DNA of 47,385 nt. It comes from Candidatus Hydrogenedentota bacterium. Its GTDB lineage: Bacteria; Hydrogenedentota; Hydrogenedentia; Hydrogenedentales; GCA-2746185. Positions 1 through 8,554 of this stretch are shown one piece after another. The stretch lies in NCBI GenBank assembly GCA_029937645.1, contig JAPYPO010000001.1:1-47385 (forward strand), given 5' to 3'. The notes below the pieces were generated by a model. That model made no database searches and was not told the DNA's origin. It was given only the letters and a program-made list of their open reading frames with translations. How positions within the stretch are numbered: position 1 is the stretch's first letter; each line of letters begins with the position of its first letter. Position numbers and translations under genes: made by a program.

Positions 1-72
1 TGCTTCAATCTCATTGGCTCCGGTCGCCGACGGGTCCATATGGGTAATCTCGGCTCAAGGTAGGGCTCGACC

Positions 73-1635
73 ATGGAAAATAATACTGAAGGTACGAAAG
101 CGCCACCGACTACCTTACGCGGGATACTTTCCCATCTTGGGCCGGGGCTCATCATCGCCGGTTCCATTGTCGGCTCCGGCGAACTGATCGCGACCACAAA
201 GACCGGCGCGGAAGCCGGCTTTTCGCTCCTGTGGCTTATCCTGATCGGTTGCGTCATTAAGGTATTCGCTCAAATCGAGTTCGGACGGTTCGCCATCGTC
301 AACGGCATGACAACCTTGGACGGTTTGAATCAAGTGCCCGGACCGCGAATAAGATTCAGGCGCGCCAACATCAATTGGCTCATCGGCTTCTGGTTTATCA
401 TGGCGGTCGTTGCGATGGGCCAGGGCGGCGGCATTCTAGGCGGTGTCGGCCAAGCCCTCGCGATCAGTGCGCCACTGACCGACGACGGGCGCGCGTACAC
501 GAAGGCGGCGGCGGACTTGGTGAAGGCCAAAGTCAGCCTCGCACAGGCACAGACGGGAGTAGAAGGTGCGGAAGAGGCCGACCTGGATGCGCTCGCGGAG
601 CGCGTGGCGGAGCTGGAATCGGAGGCGAAGCGTTTGGCTCCCCTGAGCCATGACGACCAATACTGGGCGGCGATCATGGCGATCATCACGTCCGTGGTGC
701 TCATAAACGGCCGGTACGGGCTCATTCAGACCTTCTCGACGGTGATGGTGGCGACCTTCACGCTCGTGACGGTAGGAAACGTCATCTCATTGCAGTCCAT
801 CCCCGCGTGGGCCGTGAGCCCGGAGGAAATTCTGGAGGGACTCCGTTTTCGCTTGTCGGTGGGAGAAACAGAAGGCGGCAACGCGCCCCTCGCGACTGCG
901 CTCATGACCTTTGGGATCATCGGCGTGGGCGCGGGTGAACTGATCGCCTACCCGTATTGGTGCATCGAAAAGGGGTATGCCCGGTTCAGCGGCAAACGCG
1001 ACGACTCGGAGGCCTGGGCGGCCCGCGCCCGGGGCTGGTTGAATGTCATGCGGTGGGACGCCGTATGCTCCATGTTCGTTTACACCTTCGCGACTATCGC
1101 CTTCTATTTACTGGGCGCGGCGATTCTTTGGAGGGTCAACCTCAACCCTTCCGGCACCGACATGATCGTGACGCTCGGTGCGATGTACGCGCCCGTCTTC
1201 GGCGAGTGGGCCCAGCTCCTGTTTCTGTTCGGAGCCTTCGCCGTGCTGTATTCGACCTTTTTCGTGGCGACCGCCGGCGGCGCCCGTGTCTACACCGACG
1301 CGGCAATTGTTCTCGGATTCATGAAAGGGGGCGAAGAGCGCCGCCGAAAATCCATAAGAATCTTGAGCGGTGTGCTCCCCTTCATCCCGCTGATCGTCTA
1401 CCTATTCGTCCGCGCGCCGGTGAAGCTGGTCATGATGAGCGGCGCGATGCAAGCCATGATGCTGTCTTTCTTAGGGCTCGTTTCGCTCTACTTTCGGTAT
1501 CGCCGATGCGATAAGCGGGTGATGCCCGGAAAAACATGGGATGTTTTTCTGTGGATTTCGGCCTTCGGGCTCGTCTTGGCGGGCGGGTACCTATTCACGC
1601 AAAAGGTACTGCCGATGATTGGGAATCTATTCTAG
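73..1635 (+). CDS. Nramp-like (LeuT/APC-fold) integral membrane transporter; distant paralogue of the 6781-11690 trio
   Basis: The 520-aa ORF has many hydrophobic segments. Its N-terminal 'LGPGLIIAGSIVGSGELIATT' aligns by eye with E. coli MntH TM1 'MGPAFIAAIGYIDPGNFAT', but DPGN is replaced by GSGE. Confidence 0.75.
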   Translation: MENNTEGTKAPPTTLRGILSHLGPGLIIAGSIVGSGELIATTKTGAEAGFSLLWLILIGCVIKVFAQIEFGRFAIVNGMTTLDGLNQVPGPRIRFRRANINWLIGFWFIMAVVAMGQGGGILGGVGQALAISAPLTDDGRAYTKAAADLVKAKVSLAQAQTGVEGAEEADLDALAERVAELESEAKRLAPLSHDDQYWAAIMAIITSVVLINGRYGLIQTFSTVMVATFTLVTVGNVISLQSIPAWAVSPEEILEGLRFRLSVGETEGGNAPLATALMTFGIIGVGAGELIAYPYWCIEKGYARFSGKRDDSEAWAARARGWLNVMRWDAVCSMFVYTFATIAFYLLGAAILWRVNLNPSGTDMIVTLGAMYAPVFGEWAQLLFLFGAFAVLYSTFFVATAGGARVYTDAAIVLGFMKGGEERRRKSIRILSGVLPFIPLIVYLFVRAPVKLVMMSGAMQAMMLSFLGLVSLYFRYRRCDKRVMPGKTWDVFLWISAFGLVLAGGYLFTQKVLPMIGNLF

Positions 1636-1701
1636 AAAACGGCGGGGTAAATGCGGCGCTACACGCGCAGCGTGATCCAAAAGTTTTTGGGAAGGGGGTT
1701 T

Positions 1702-1735
1702 GGGGGAAACCGTTTTTTCAAAAACGGTTTCCCCC
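1702..1735. terminator. Perfect 16-bp palindromic hairpin; candidate bidirectional intrinsic terminator between convergent genes
   Basis: GGGGGAAACCGTTTTT-tc-AAAAACGGTTTCCCCC was read directly. It lies between the stop of the + strand transporter (1635) and the stop of the - strand RraA-like gene (1759). Confidence 0.7.
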
Positions 1736-1758
1736 AAGAAAAGTTGCGCTACAAGCTC

Positions 1759-2460
1759 TTACTTCTTAGAAACGAAATCGATCAGCGTATCCACCGTAAC
1801 GCCGGGCGTCTGGCAGAACTGGACTAAGGCGCGCTCGCTTTCGAACTGTTCGTAGCAGGCTTGTCCGAGAACAGTGGCGATACTTTCCGGAATCCGAATC
1901 GCGCCGTGTTTGTCGGCCTGGATGAGGTCGCCGGACTCGACCTTCACGCCGCCCACTTCGACCGGGTTTCCATATTCGACAAGGTGGATATAGGCGTGGG
2001 AGACGAGCACCTCGGCGGAGTAGAATTGAAAGTTAAGGGTCCGGACTTCATCCAGGTCGCGTACGCCTCCATCGGTAACCACACCGATGCACCCCAATGA
2101 GGTATGAACGCTTCCGTTCACCTCGCCCCAAAATGAACCGATGGGGTTGGGCGCATCGAGATCGTGGATGACCAAGATCGTCGGCTTGGGCAGGCTGTCG
2201 AGGTACCGCCAATAGTCCGTTCTACTGGTGTAGTCCGCGCCCTTCTCCGGTGCTTCCGACGCCTTGACGACGGCCGTCGCGGCATAGCCGTTGATGATGC
2301 CCATGTCAGGAAACCTACACTGAATCTTCGGGTCGAAGAGGCCTTCGGTACGTTTCTGGCCGTGCTTTTCCGGCAGGTCCTTCCACTCGAGCCCGTTCGC
2401 AATCGTCGGGGTATCCCATCTGCGCAAATAGTTTAATTGTTCTTCGGTCAGTAAAGACAT
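1759..2460 (-). CDS. RraA / 4-hydroxy-4-methyl-2-oxoglutarate aldolase family protein
   Basis: Family-typical motifs are present: 'WDTPTIANGLE' and 'GSFWGEVNGSVHTSLGCIGVVTDGGVRDLDEV'. I chose the start at the internal ATG (MSLLTEEQ) because AAGGAG lies about 8 nt upstream. The track ORF extends to 2556, but that N-terminus is low-complexity and has no SD. Confidence 0.8.
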   Translation of the reverse strand: MSLLTEEQLNYLRRWDTPTIANGLEWKDLPEKHGQKRTEGLFDPKIQCRFPDMGIINGYAATAVVKASEAPEKGADYTSRTDYWRYLDSLPKPTILVIHDLDAPNPIGSFWGEVNGSVHTSLGCIGVVTDGGVRDLDEVRTLNFQFYSAEVLVSHAYIHLVEYGNPVEVGGVKVESGDLIQADKHGAIRIPESIATVLGQACYEQFESERALVQFCQTPGVTVDTLIDFVSKK

Positions 2461-2609
2461 CGATCTCGACTCCTTCGTAGATTGGCTGGCGGCCGGTGGC
2501 TGAGCGACAATGCTCGGCGCAAACCCGGCCCCACGCGCCAAAGCAGCGTTTCGCATCGGCTAATTTCACGCAGGACAGAACCTGGTTCCGCCTACATAAG
2601 AGGCTGTTC

Positions 2610-2638
2610 ATACTAAAGCATATCTCTCCGTTATTCAA
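2610..2638 (-). promoter_or_regulatory. Candidate sigma70-type promoter TTGAAT-N17-TAGTAT upstream of the RraA-like gene
   Basis: The reverse complement reads TTGAATaacggagagatatgcttTAGTAT. It implies a 5' UTR of about 140 nt to the ATG at 2460. Confidence 0.3.
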
Positions 2639-2677
2639 CGGCGTTCGAGGGGATAGGGCGAGCATAACCAAATGGAT

Positions 2678-3529
2678 CTAGCCCAGATTCAGCTTCCGTT
2701 CTTCCCACCAGGGGAAATAGGGCGGCATGTTTTCGCTCACTTTGTCCGGGAAATTCGGTGGCCGTTTCTCTAAGAACGATGCTACCCCTTCGCGTGCGTC
2801 GGCCTGTTTCCCCATCCAATCCATGCCCAACGAATCGAGATTGTGGGCTTCCACCGGGTCATCCGCGCCTAGAAGCCGCCACATCATCTGCCGCGCGAGC
2901 GCTACCGAGATGGACGACGTATTATCGGCGATTTCTCGCGCGAGTTCGTTTGCCACGCCGAGCAGTTCATCGGGCTTGTGGAGGCTGCGCACGTATCCGC
3001 CCGCGAGGGCTTCGGTTGCTGGAAAGACGCGCCCCGAATAGACCCACTCCGCCGCTTGGTTAATCCCCACGATTCGTGGCAGAAACCAGGTGGAGCAGGC
3101 CTCGGGCACGATGCCTCGACGGGAGAAGACCATACCCATTTTCGCCGTTTCCGATGCAATTCGGATGTCCATCGGCAGGGTCATCGTCATGCCCACGCCA
3201 ACCGCCGGCCCGTTGATCGCCGCGATAATGGGCTTCAGCAAACGGAAAATGCGCCGCGATACCCGCCCGCCGCCATCGCCTTCCGTGAGTCGGCCCGACT
3301 CGCCTTCAAAAGTTCCCTCGCCGCGCCCCAGATCGGCGCCAGCACAAAACCCGCGGCCGGCGCCCGTTATGATGATAACGCGAACGTCGTCGTCTGCGTC
3401 CGCCCGGTCAAAGGCGTCGATGAGTTCCCTCATCATGGCCCCGGTGAAGGCGTTAAGCCGGTCCGGCCGGTTCAGCGTAATGGTCAACACCTTATTATCG
3501 ACTTCGTAGATAATAGTTTCGTAACTCAT
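2678..3529 (-). CDS. Enoyl-CoA hydratase/isomerase (crotonase) family protein
   Basis: 'LTITLNRPDRLNAF' and 'ITGAGRGFCAGADL' are typical crotonase-fold motifs. The start is set at MSYETIIYEV, which has GAAAGGAA upstream. Confidence 0.9.
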   Translation of the reverse strand: MSYETIIYEVDNKVLTITLNRPDRLNAFTGAMMRELIDAFDRADADDDVRVIIITGAGRGFCAGADLGRGEGTFEGESGRLTEGDGGGRVSRRIFRLLKPIIAAINGPAVGVGMTMTLPMDIRIASETAKMGMVFSRRGIVPEACSTWFLPRIVGINQAAEWVYSGRVFPATEALAGGYVRSLHKPDELLGVANELAREIADNTSSISVALARQMMWRLLGADDPVEAHNLDSLGMDWMGKQADAREGVASFLEKRPPNFPDKVSENMPPYFPWWEERKLNLG

Positions 3530-3600
3530 AAAACGTTTATTCCTTTCACGATTCACACGGCTCCGCCGTTTCCGTTTTGTCTCTCTATCTCTTATGAAAA

Positions 3601-4827
3601 CTACTCGCTTTGAATAGCCGCGCCCGCCTTGAGCATGGCGTCAACATCGTCCTTCCCGTAACCCAATTCCTCCAATACCTCGACCGTATGCTGGCCGTGA
3701 TCCGGCGGTGGCATACGGATGGATTTGTCCTCTCCTTCAATGTCGATCGGATTCATTATCGTGCGCACCGTACCGGCGGTCGGATGTTCGAGATCCGCGA
3801 AGACACCAATCGCCTCCATCTGGGCATCGTTTGCGACATCTTCGTAGGTAGAAACTCCCGAGTGCGGTATGTCGAACTTGTCGAGCTTTCGAAGCCAATG
3901 CTCGCGGTCCTGCTGGGCAAATCGCTCATCCAAGATCTTGATCAGTTCGGGAACATGCTTGAGGCGCGTTTCGAGATCGACAAAGCGGGGATCGTCCACC
4001 AACTCCGGCAGCTCCAGCGCGTCGCAAAGCTTCGGCCAATCCCGTTCTTGTTCGGCGAGGCTCAGCCGAATCATTTTGTCCCCTTTTGTTCGATAGTGAA
4101 GGCCCGTGTAATTGTACGCATTTTCTCGTGGCCGCCGCTGCTTAAACTTTGCGCCCGCGAGCTGAGCTTGAATCAAGCACGAGTTCGCGAAAGCGCCGTT
4201 GGCTAACAGACTGGTGGCGACCTTTCCCCCTTTTCCCGTCTTTTCTCGCCGGTACAGCGCCGCCAAGATGGCGGAGAATAAGGCGACCCCAGTCGGGTTG
4301 TCCCCGATCGCGGGCGACCAGGAGCCGAGCCATCCTCCCTCGAAGGGAAACAGCGCCGGTTCAATGCCCGAGCGCGCCAAATAAGAAATATGGTCGTAGC
4401 CCGGTTGATTCACCTCGGGACCCGTCTCGCCGTACCCCGATCCGTAGGCGAAGATAAGCCGTGGGTTAAGGTCCTTCACATCGTCGTAAGAAAGCTTCAA
4501 CCGCTTCTGGGCCCCGGGCCGGAAGTTCGTGATCAAGACATCCGCCGTTTCGATAAGCTTGTGGAGCGCCGCCGTGGCTTCGGGTTGTTTCAGGTCGAGC
4601 ACGATGCCCTTCTTATTTCGATTCACAAGCATGAAACAATAATCAAAATCCGATTCCGGCATGGATACGTTAGTGTGCATTCTTCGGATGATGTCGCCGT
4701 CGGGTGACTCTACTTTTATCACCTCCGCGCCGAAATCGGCCAGGATCGTTCCCGCGATGGGGGCCATGAACATGGTAGCCACCTCGACAACACGGAGATC
4801 CGAAAAGAGGCCTTCATTGTCACTCAT
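3601..4827 (-). CDS. Family III CoA-transferase (CaiB/BaiF-like)
   Basis: 'LSDLRVVEVATMFMAPIAGTILADFGAEVIKVE' and 'DVLITNFRPG' are typical of the CaiB/BaiF family. I preferred the start at the second ATG (MSDNEG) because AAGGAAAG lies 5-10 nt upstream. Confidence 0.9.
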   Translation of the reverse strand: MSDNEGLFSDLRVVEVATMFMAPIAGTILADFGAEVIKVESPDGDIIRRMHTNVSMPESDFDYCFMLVNRNKKGIVLDLKQPEATAALHKLIETADVLITNFRPGAQKRLKLSYDDVKDLNPRLIFAYGSGYGETGPEVNQPGYDHISYLARSGIEPALFPFEGGWLGSWSPAIGDNPTGVALFSAILAALYRREKTGKGGKVATSLLANGAFANSCLIQAQLAGAKFKQRRPRENAYNYTGLHYRTKGDKMIRLSLAEQERDWPKLCDALELPELVDDPRFVDLETRLKHVPELIKILDERFAQQDREHWLRKLDKFDIPHSGVSTYEDVANDAQMEAIGVFADLEHPTAGTVRTIMNPIDIEGEDKSIRMPPPDHGQHTVEVLEELGYGKDDVDAMLKAGAAIQSE

Positions 4828-4898
4828 CGTACTTTCCTTTTGAAGCATCGTTCAGCCGTCGGTTTCACCGCTCGCTAGCGTCTTCACGATGAAGACAT

Positions 4899-4955
4899 AA
4901 GGGAGCGCGGGCGTCTCGCCCGCGACAATTGGCGGGCAAGATGCCCGCCCTCCCC
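4899..4955 (-). repeat. 57-nt REP-like double-hairpin element, copy A
   Basis: Its reverse complement, GGGGAGGGCGGGCATCTTGCCCGCCaattgtcGCGGGCGAGACGCCCGCGCTCCCTT, matches 8330-8386 at 54 of 57 positions. It contains two GC-rich stem-loops. Confidence 0.85.
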
Positions 4956-5171
4956 CCGTGGCTTCACGAAAATAACGGCAGCAGCCTAGAAGCCGTGGGA
5001 GAGATGCCAATCTCCTTACTCTACCGGATTTGCCTCTCAAAATGCGCTGTTGCGACGACAGTCAACTCAGGCGAGTTCCGGTTTCGCCCGGTCCAGCGTT
5101 GGGAGAAGGAAGATTGGTGGTGAGCGAAGTTGAAGGTTTCACGGCTCGCGAGTGCGCTCCACAGAAGCGAA

Positions 5172-5600
5172 TTAGGGGTCCTGACGCTCCGGCTCTTCGA
5201 CCGGCGCGGCAAGGACCCGAAAGCTGAATGGATCGGATTCCAACGGAAGGAGTTCCAGGGGGCCCATATTGCTGGTAGATCGAGGGTACATAATTGATGC
5301 CGACGTCCATCCAGTACTGGCCGTCATCGATGCCTCGGGGTACTCGCCTAGCTGCATGACCCTGTCGTTCCGAAAGTGAATATCCACTGTTTGTTTCGAC
5401 TTGAGGGTCAGAGATTCGCCGTTGGGGTCCGTCGGTGGGTCAAATGTGCTCCACGCCTTGGCCGGTCCCCCCACACGCGAGAAAGTCAGCCTGACGTGAT
5501 GCCTGAACACCAAGTCATAGGGAGTTGTATTCGTGATACCGCACACCACACCGAGGCCTTCGCCCGATACGAATGGATCTAAGACAGGGCGGCACTCCAT
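5172..5600 (-). CDS. Hypothetical protein (orphan, no recognisable motif)
   Basis: This is an open frame of about 142 aa from an internal ATG (GTG at 5609 is possible). It sits between divergent and neighbouring genes. REP copy A follows it in the same transcript-sense orientation that copy B has behind a real gene. It has no SD and no family motif. Confidence 0.35.
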   Translation of the reverse strand: MECRPVLDPFVSGEGLGVVCGITNTTPYDLVFRHHVRLTFSRVGGPAKAWSTFDPPTDPNGESLTLKSKQTVDIHFRNDRVMQLGEYPEASMTASTGWTSASIMYPRSTSNMGPLELLPLESDPFSFRVLAAPVEEPERQDP

Positions 5601-5708
5601 CGTAAACACGGCGCCAGGCTGGAAATCCGCTATGAACTGGAGCCGCGTCCATGGTCCGTGTGTCCAGCCATACTTCTACAATACCACACGCTGTCAAGGC
5701 ACGAGTTA

Positions 5709-5737
5709 TTGCGATTGCCGCCTGGAGAAAATAGAAT
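5709..5737 (+). promoter_or_regulatory. Candidate sigma70-type promoter TTGCGA-N17-TAGAAT for the second enoyl-CoA hydratase gene
   Basis: Read directly as TTGCGAttgccgcctggagaaaaTAGAAT. It lies about 45 nt upstream of the ATG at 5782, and a GGGAGAGAGG SD follows. Confidence 0.45.
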
Positions 5738-5781
5738 GCTTGGCATCATCCAAGTCCGGTATCGGGAGAGAGGTTGAGAAA

Positions 5782-6579
5782 ATGACGAATACGCAAGGTG
5801 AAATGGTGCTGGTCGATATCGACGGTCGCGGAATCGCCACGGTTACGTTGAATCGTCCCGAAGTGCGTAATGCGATTAGCAAGGAGCTTATCGCGGAGAT
5901 GCGGCGCTGGGTCGCGGATCTTGACGCTGACCCGGCGGTGCGCGGTGTCGTGCTGACCGGCGCGGGCGAGGTGTTCTGCGCGGGCAACGATTTGCGGTGG
6001 ATGCAGAACAACCTACGCCTCGAGCGGGAGGAGCAGATAGCTGAAATTACGTCGTTGATCGACATGCTCGACGAGCTGCAACACCTCTCGAAACCCCTCA
6101 TCGGACGCATCAACGGGCCGGCCTATGGGGGCGGCTTGGGCCTCATGTCTGTGTGCGACATCGCGATTGGCGTGCCGACGGCCCAGTTCGCGCTCACCGA
6201 GGTGCGCCTCGGCTTGGTTGCGGCCAGCATCTCTCCCTTTTTCATCGCGCGCGTGGGCGCTTTGAATGCTCGGCGGGTCATGTTGAATGCGGCGGCATTC
6301 GACGGCTCAAAGGCGGTCGAGTTCGGATTGCTGCACGAATGCGTCCCCGCCTCCGAATTGGACGATGCGGTCGAAAAGGAGATCGCGTCCCTGCTGCGTT
6401 GCGCGCCCGGTGCGGCCGCCTCCTCCAAAGCGCTGATCGAGTATGTCGACAGTCACGCACCGGCGGAGAACCGGGTCTACACGGCGAACGCCTTGGCGGA
6501 TGCCTGGGCATCTCCCGAGGGGCAGGAAGGAATGGAATCATTTTTTTCCAAGCGCAAGCCGTTCTGGGTTCCAGAATGA
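5782..6579 (+). CDS. Enoyl-CoA hydratase/isomerase family protein (methylglutaconyl-CoA hydratase-like)
   Basis: 'IATVTLNRPEVRNAI', 'LTGAGEVFCAGNDL' and 'INGPAYGGGLGL' are crotonase motifs. The start is at MTNTQGE, preceded by an SD. The 348-aa track ORF (from 5533) has an implausible N-terminal extension. Confidence 0.9.
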   Translation: MTNTQGEMVLVDIDGRGIATVTLNRPEVRNAISKELIAEMRRWVADLDADPAVRGVVLTGAGEVFCAGNDLRWMQNNLRLEREEQIAEITSLIDMLDELQHLSKPLIGRINGPAYGGGLGLMSVCDIAIGVPTAQFALTEVRLGLVAASISPFFIARVGALNARRVMLNAAAFDGSKAVEFGLLHECVPASELDDAVEKEIASLLRCAPGAAASSKALIEYVDSHAPAENRVYTANALADAWASPEGQEGMESFFSKRKPFWVPE

Positions 6580-6780
6580 CCCGGAACCGCAGACAGGCGT
6601 AAATAATCGTGCCTATACGGTTAGCCCGCCTGACGGTCCTAATGGAGCCATGAATCCCGCCTCCAGCACGGGCTCGATCCCAGCCCGCACAAATGGTAGG
6701 CTGTCCTGCGCGACACTGGGGAAAGATTCACCGCACTCAATCGCTTTGACCAAGCGCAATGAATTAGGAAGGATCGACCT

Positions 6781-8241
6781 ATGCTTTTGAACATCCCGCC
6801 GCTGAAGGAAGCGGATCTGCCCAAACGCGAGAAACCACTCTGGAAGATGATGGGGCCGGGTATCGTCATGGCCGGTATCGCCATCGGCTCCGGCGAGTTG
6901 GTCATGTGGCCTTGGGTCACGTCGATCGTTGGCGCGGATCTGCTGTGGGCCGCAGCCATCGGCATCTTCTTGCAGCTATGGATCAACATCGAAGTTGGGC
7001 GCTGGGCCATTGTGACGGGCGAAAGTCCGTTCAACGGCATGGCCCGCTTCTTCAAGCTGTCGGTCTACATATTTCTCTTCGTGGTCTTTGCAAACAATTT
7101 TCTCCCCGGTTGGGCCCGGGAAACGGGGATGGCCTTAAAGGCCCTGTTATTCGGTCCAGACCATGACAGTCCTCAATGGATGTGGACCGCGATAGTCTTC
7201 GCGGCCATCGCCGCTATCCTCTTCGGCCCGAAGGTCGTCTACACCGCCGTGGAACGCAGCATCATGTTTCTCGTCCTCATCATCGTGGTCGGCCTTATGT
7301 ACATTGTCTGGCAGATCGGGACAAAAGAGGTGTTCGTGGCGATGTGGGAAGGGCTGTTGAACGTAGGTCACTTCCCCAAATTTCCCGTAGAGATTCCGGC
7401 CACGGAGAGTTCGGAGGCAAGTTTGTTCACATTCGGCCAACTCTTCGGCGCCGTGGTATTCGCGGGGTTGGGCGGCATATCGAACCTGTGGTACGCGTAC
7501 TATCTGCGGGAAAAACGCGTGGGCATGGGCGCTCGTATGCCCACGCTCATGAGCGCGGTGCACAAGCACGAAGTCAAGGAAATGGATGTCGGCTACGTGT
7601 ATCCGGAGACGGAGGAGAATCAACGCCGTTTCAAGGACTGGATGAGATACGTGAAGATCGATCAGGTCTGCTTCTTCTGGCTCCTGGGTAGCTTCACCAT
7701 GTTCTTGTTCATATTCGGCTCATTGGCCGTTCTGCATCCCCAAGGCCAGGTGCCCGATAAGGGGAGTTTGGTGTGGGACCTGGCGAACATTCTCGGGGAC
7801 AGCATGGGCGACTTCGGGCGCAATTTGTTCCTCATCGTTGGCATGGCGGCGTTGTTTAGCAGCCAGTTGGGTGGCGTCGATGGCACGAGCCGCATCTTTG
7901 CCGACCTGCTTCACACCAACTTCAAATTCGGCCACCGCCTGAGACTCGATCAGTGGTATTTTGTCCTGGCGCTCAGCGCGATACTTATCGGCACCCTCAG
8001 CGTCTTTGTCTTTGAGAAATATGATATCGCCGGATTGGATTTCCTCTTCATTGCGGCGCTCATGGGCGGCTTCGTCATGGCCATCTACGTGCCCGCGTTG
8101 CTCTATATGAACCTGACCTACCTGCCCAAATCGGCCCGGCCGGGATGGGTCAATATTTTCTTCATGGTCATGGCATCCCTCATGTACATCAGCTTTTCCG
8201 TTTACACAATCTTTATTAAGGTTGCGTCATGGCTCGCCTGA
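6781..8241 (+). CDS. Nramp-like integral membrane transporter, tandem paralogue 1
   Basis: The 486-aa polytopic ORF carries 'MMGPGIVMAGIAIGSGELVMWPW', which matches Nramp TM1 topology with GSGE in place of DPGN. A GGAAGG SD lies upstream. Confidence 0.85.
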   Translation: MLLNIPPLKEADLPKREKPLWKMMGPGIVMAGIAIGSGELVMWPWVTSIVGADLLWAAAIGIFLQLWINIEVGRWAIVTGESPFNGMARFFKLSVYIFLFVVFANNFLPGWARETGMALKALLFGPDHDSPQWMWTAIVFAAIAAILFGPKVVYTAVERSIMFLVLIIVVGLMYIVWQIGTKEVFVAMWEGLLNVGHFPKFPVEIPATESSEASLFTFGQLFGAVVFAGLGGISNLWYAYYLREKRVGMGARMPTLMSAVHKHEVKEMDVGYVYPETEENQRRFKDWMRYVKIDQVCFFWLLGSFTMFLFIFGSLAVLHPQGQVPDKGSLVWDLANILGDSMGDFGRNLFLIVGMAALFSSQLGGVDGTSRIFADLLHTNFKFGHRLRLDQWYFVLALSAILIGTLSVFVFEKYDIAGLDFLFIAALMGGFVMAIYVPALLYMNLTYLPKSARPGWVNIFFMVMASLMYISFSVYTIFIKVASWLA

Positions 8242-8329
8242 TAAATTGCGGCTGGAGACCGTAACCGCCAGCGAAGATGGTGACTTAAGGAAGGCCCTTA
8301 GAAAATCTAATCAATCGACTCGGCAAGAA

Positions 8330-8386
8330 GGGGAGGGCGGGCATCTTGCCCGCCATGTGCCGCGGGCGAGACGCCCGCGCTCCCTT
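8330..8386 (+). repeat. 57-nt REP-like double-hairpin element, copy B
   Basis: GGGGAGGGCGGGCATCTTGCCCGCCatgtgccGCGGGCGAGACGCCCGCGCTCCCTT lies about 90 nt downstream of the paralogue 1 stop. Hairpins are GGCGGGCA-tct-TGCCCGCC and GCGGGCG-aga-CGCCCGC. Confidence 0.85.
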
Positions 8387-8554
8387 ACGTTTCCCGAGTT
8401 AACAACGCAGGCAAACGGGCAGTCCTAGCCGGCAGCGCAGTAAGAATTAAGTACGGCATTATAGAGCTGGCGCTTTAGCGTCACCGTTGGAACACGGTCA
8501 TCTTGTTGTGCAGATAAGGTTAAACCACCGAAGGCAACTCGGAAGGATTGACCC

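Noticed and set aside
4953-4997. Possible 11-bp stem (CCCGUGGCUUC / GAAGCCGUGGG with two G-U pairs) that forms only in plus-strand RNA next to REP copy A
   Set aside because: Both flanking genes are on the minus strand, I could identify no plus-strand promoter, and the pairing depends on wobble pairs. The evidence is too weak to call an sRNA.
4852-5040. 62-aa ORF covering REP copy A
   Set aside because: The sequence is a read-through of the double-hairpin repeat ('GGGRASCPPIVAGETPALP'). The same repeat occurs non-codingly at 8330-8386.
5533-5781. N-terminal extension of the 348-aa track ORF for the second enoyl-CoA hydratase
   Set aside because: The crotonase fold begins at MTNTQGEMVLVDIDG (5782), which has an SD and a good promoter upstream. 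The extension is Arg/Pro/Cys-rich and overlaps the opposite-strand ORF and the promoter.
6639-7055. Antisense ORFs conserved across the three transporter paralogues (6639-7055, 8425-8829 and 10187-10492, all beginning 'MKKRA.P..GLSPVTMAQRPTSMLIH..')
   Set aside because: Their conservation follows automatically from the nucleotide-level duplication of the sense genes. They overlap the transporter 5' ends in a GC-rich region, where long antisense frames are expected. They also span the sense start codons and leaders.
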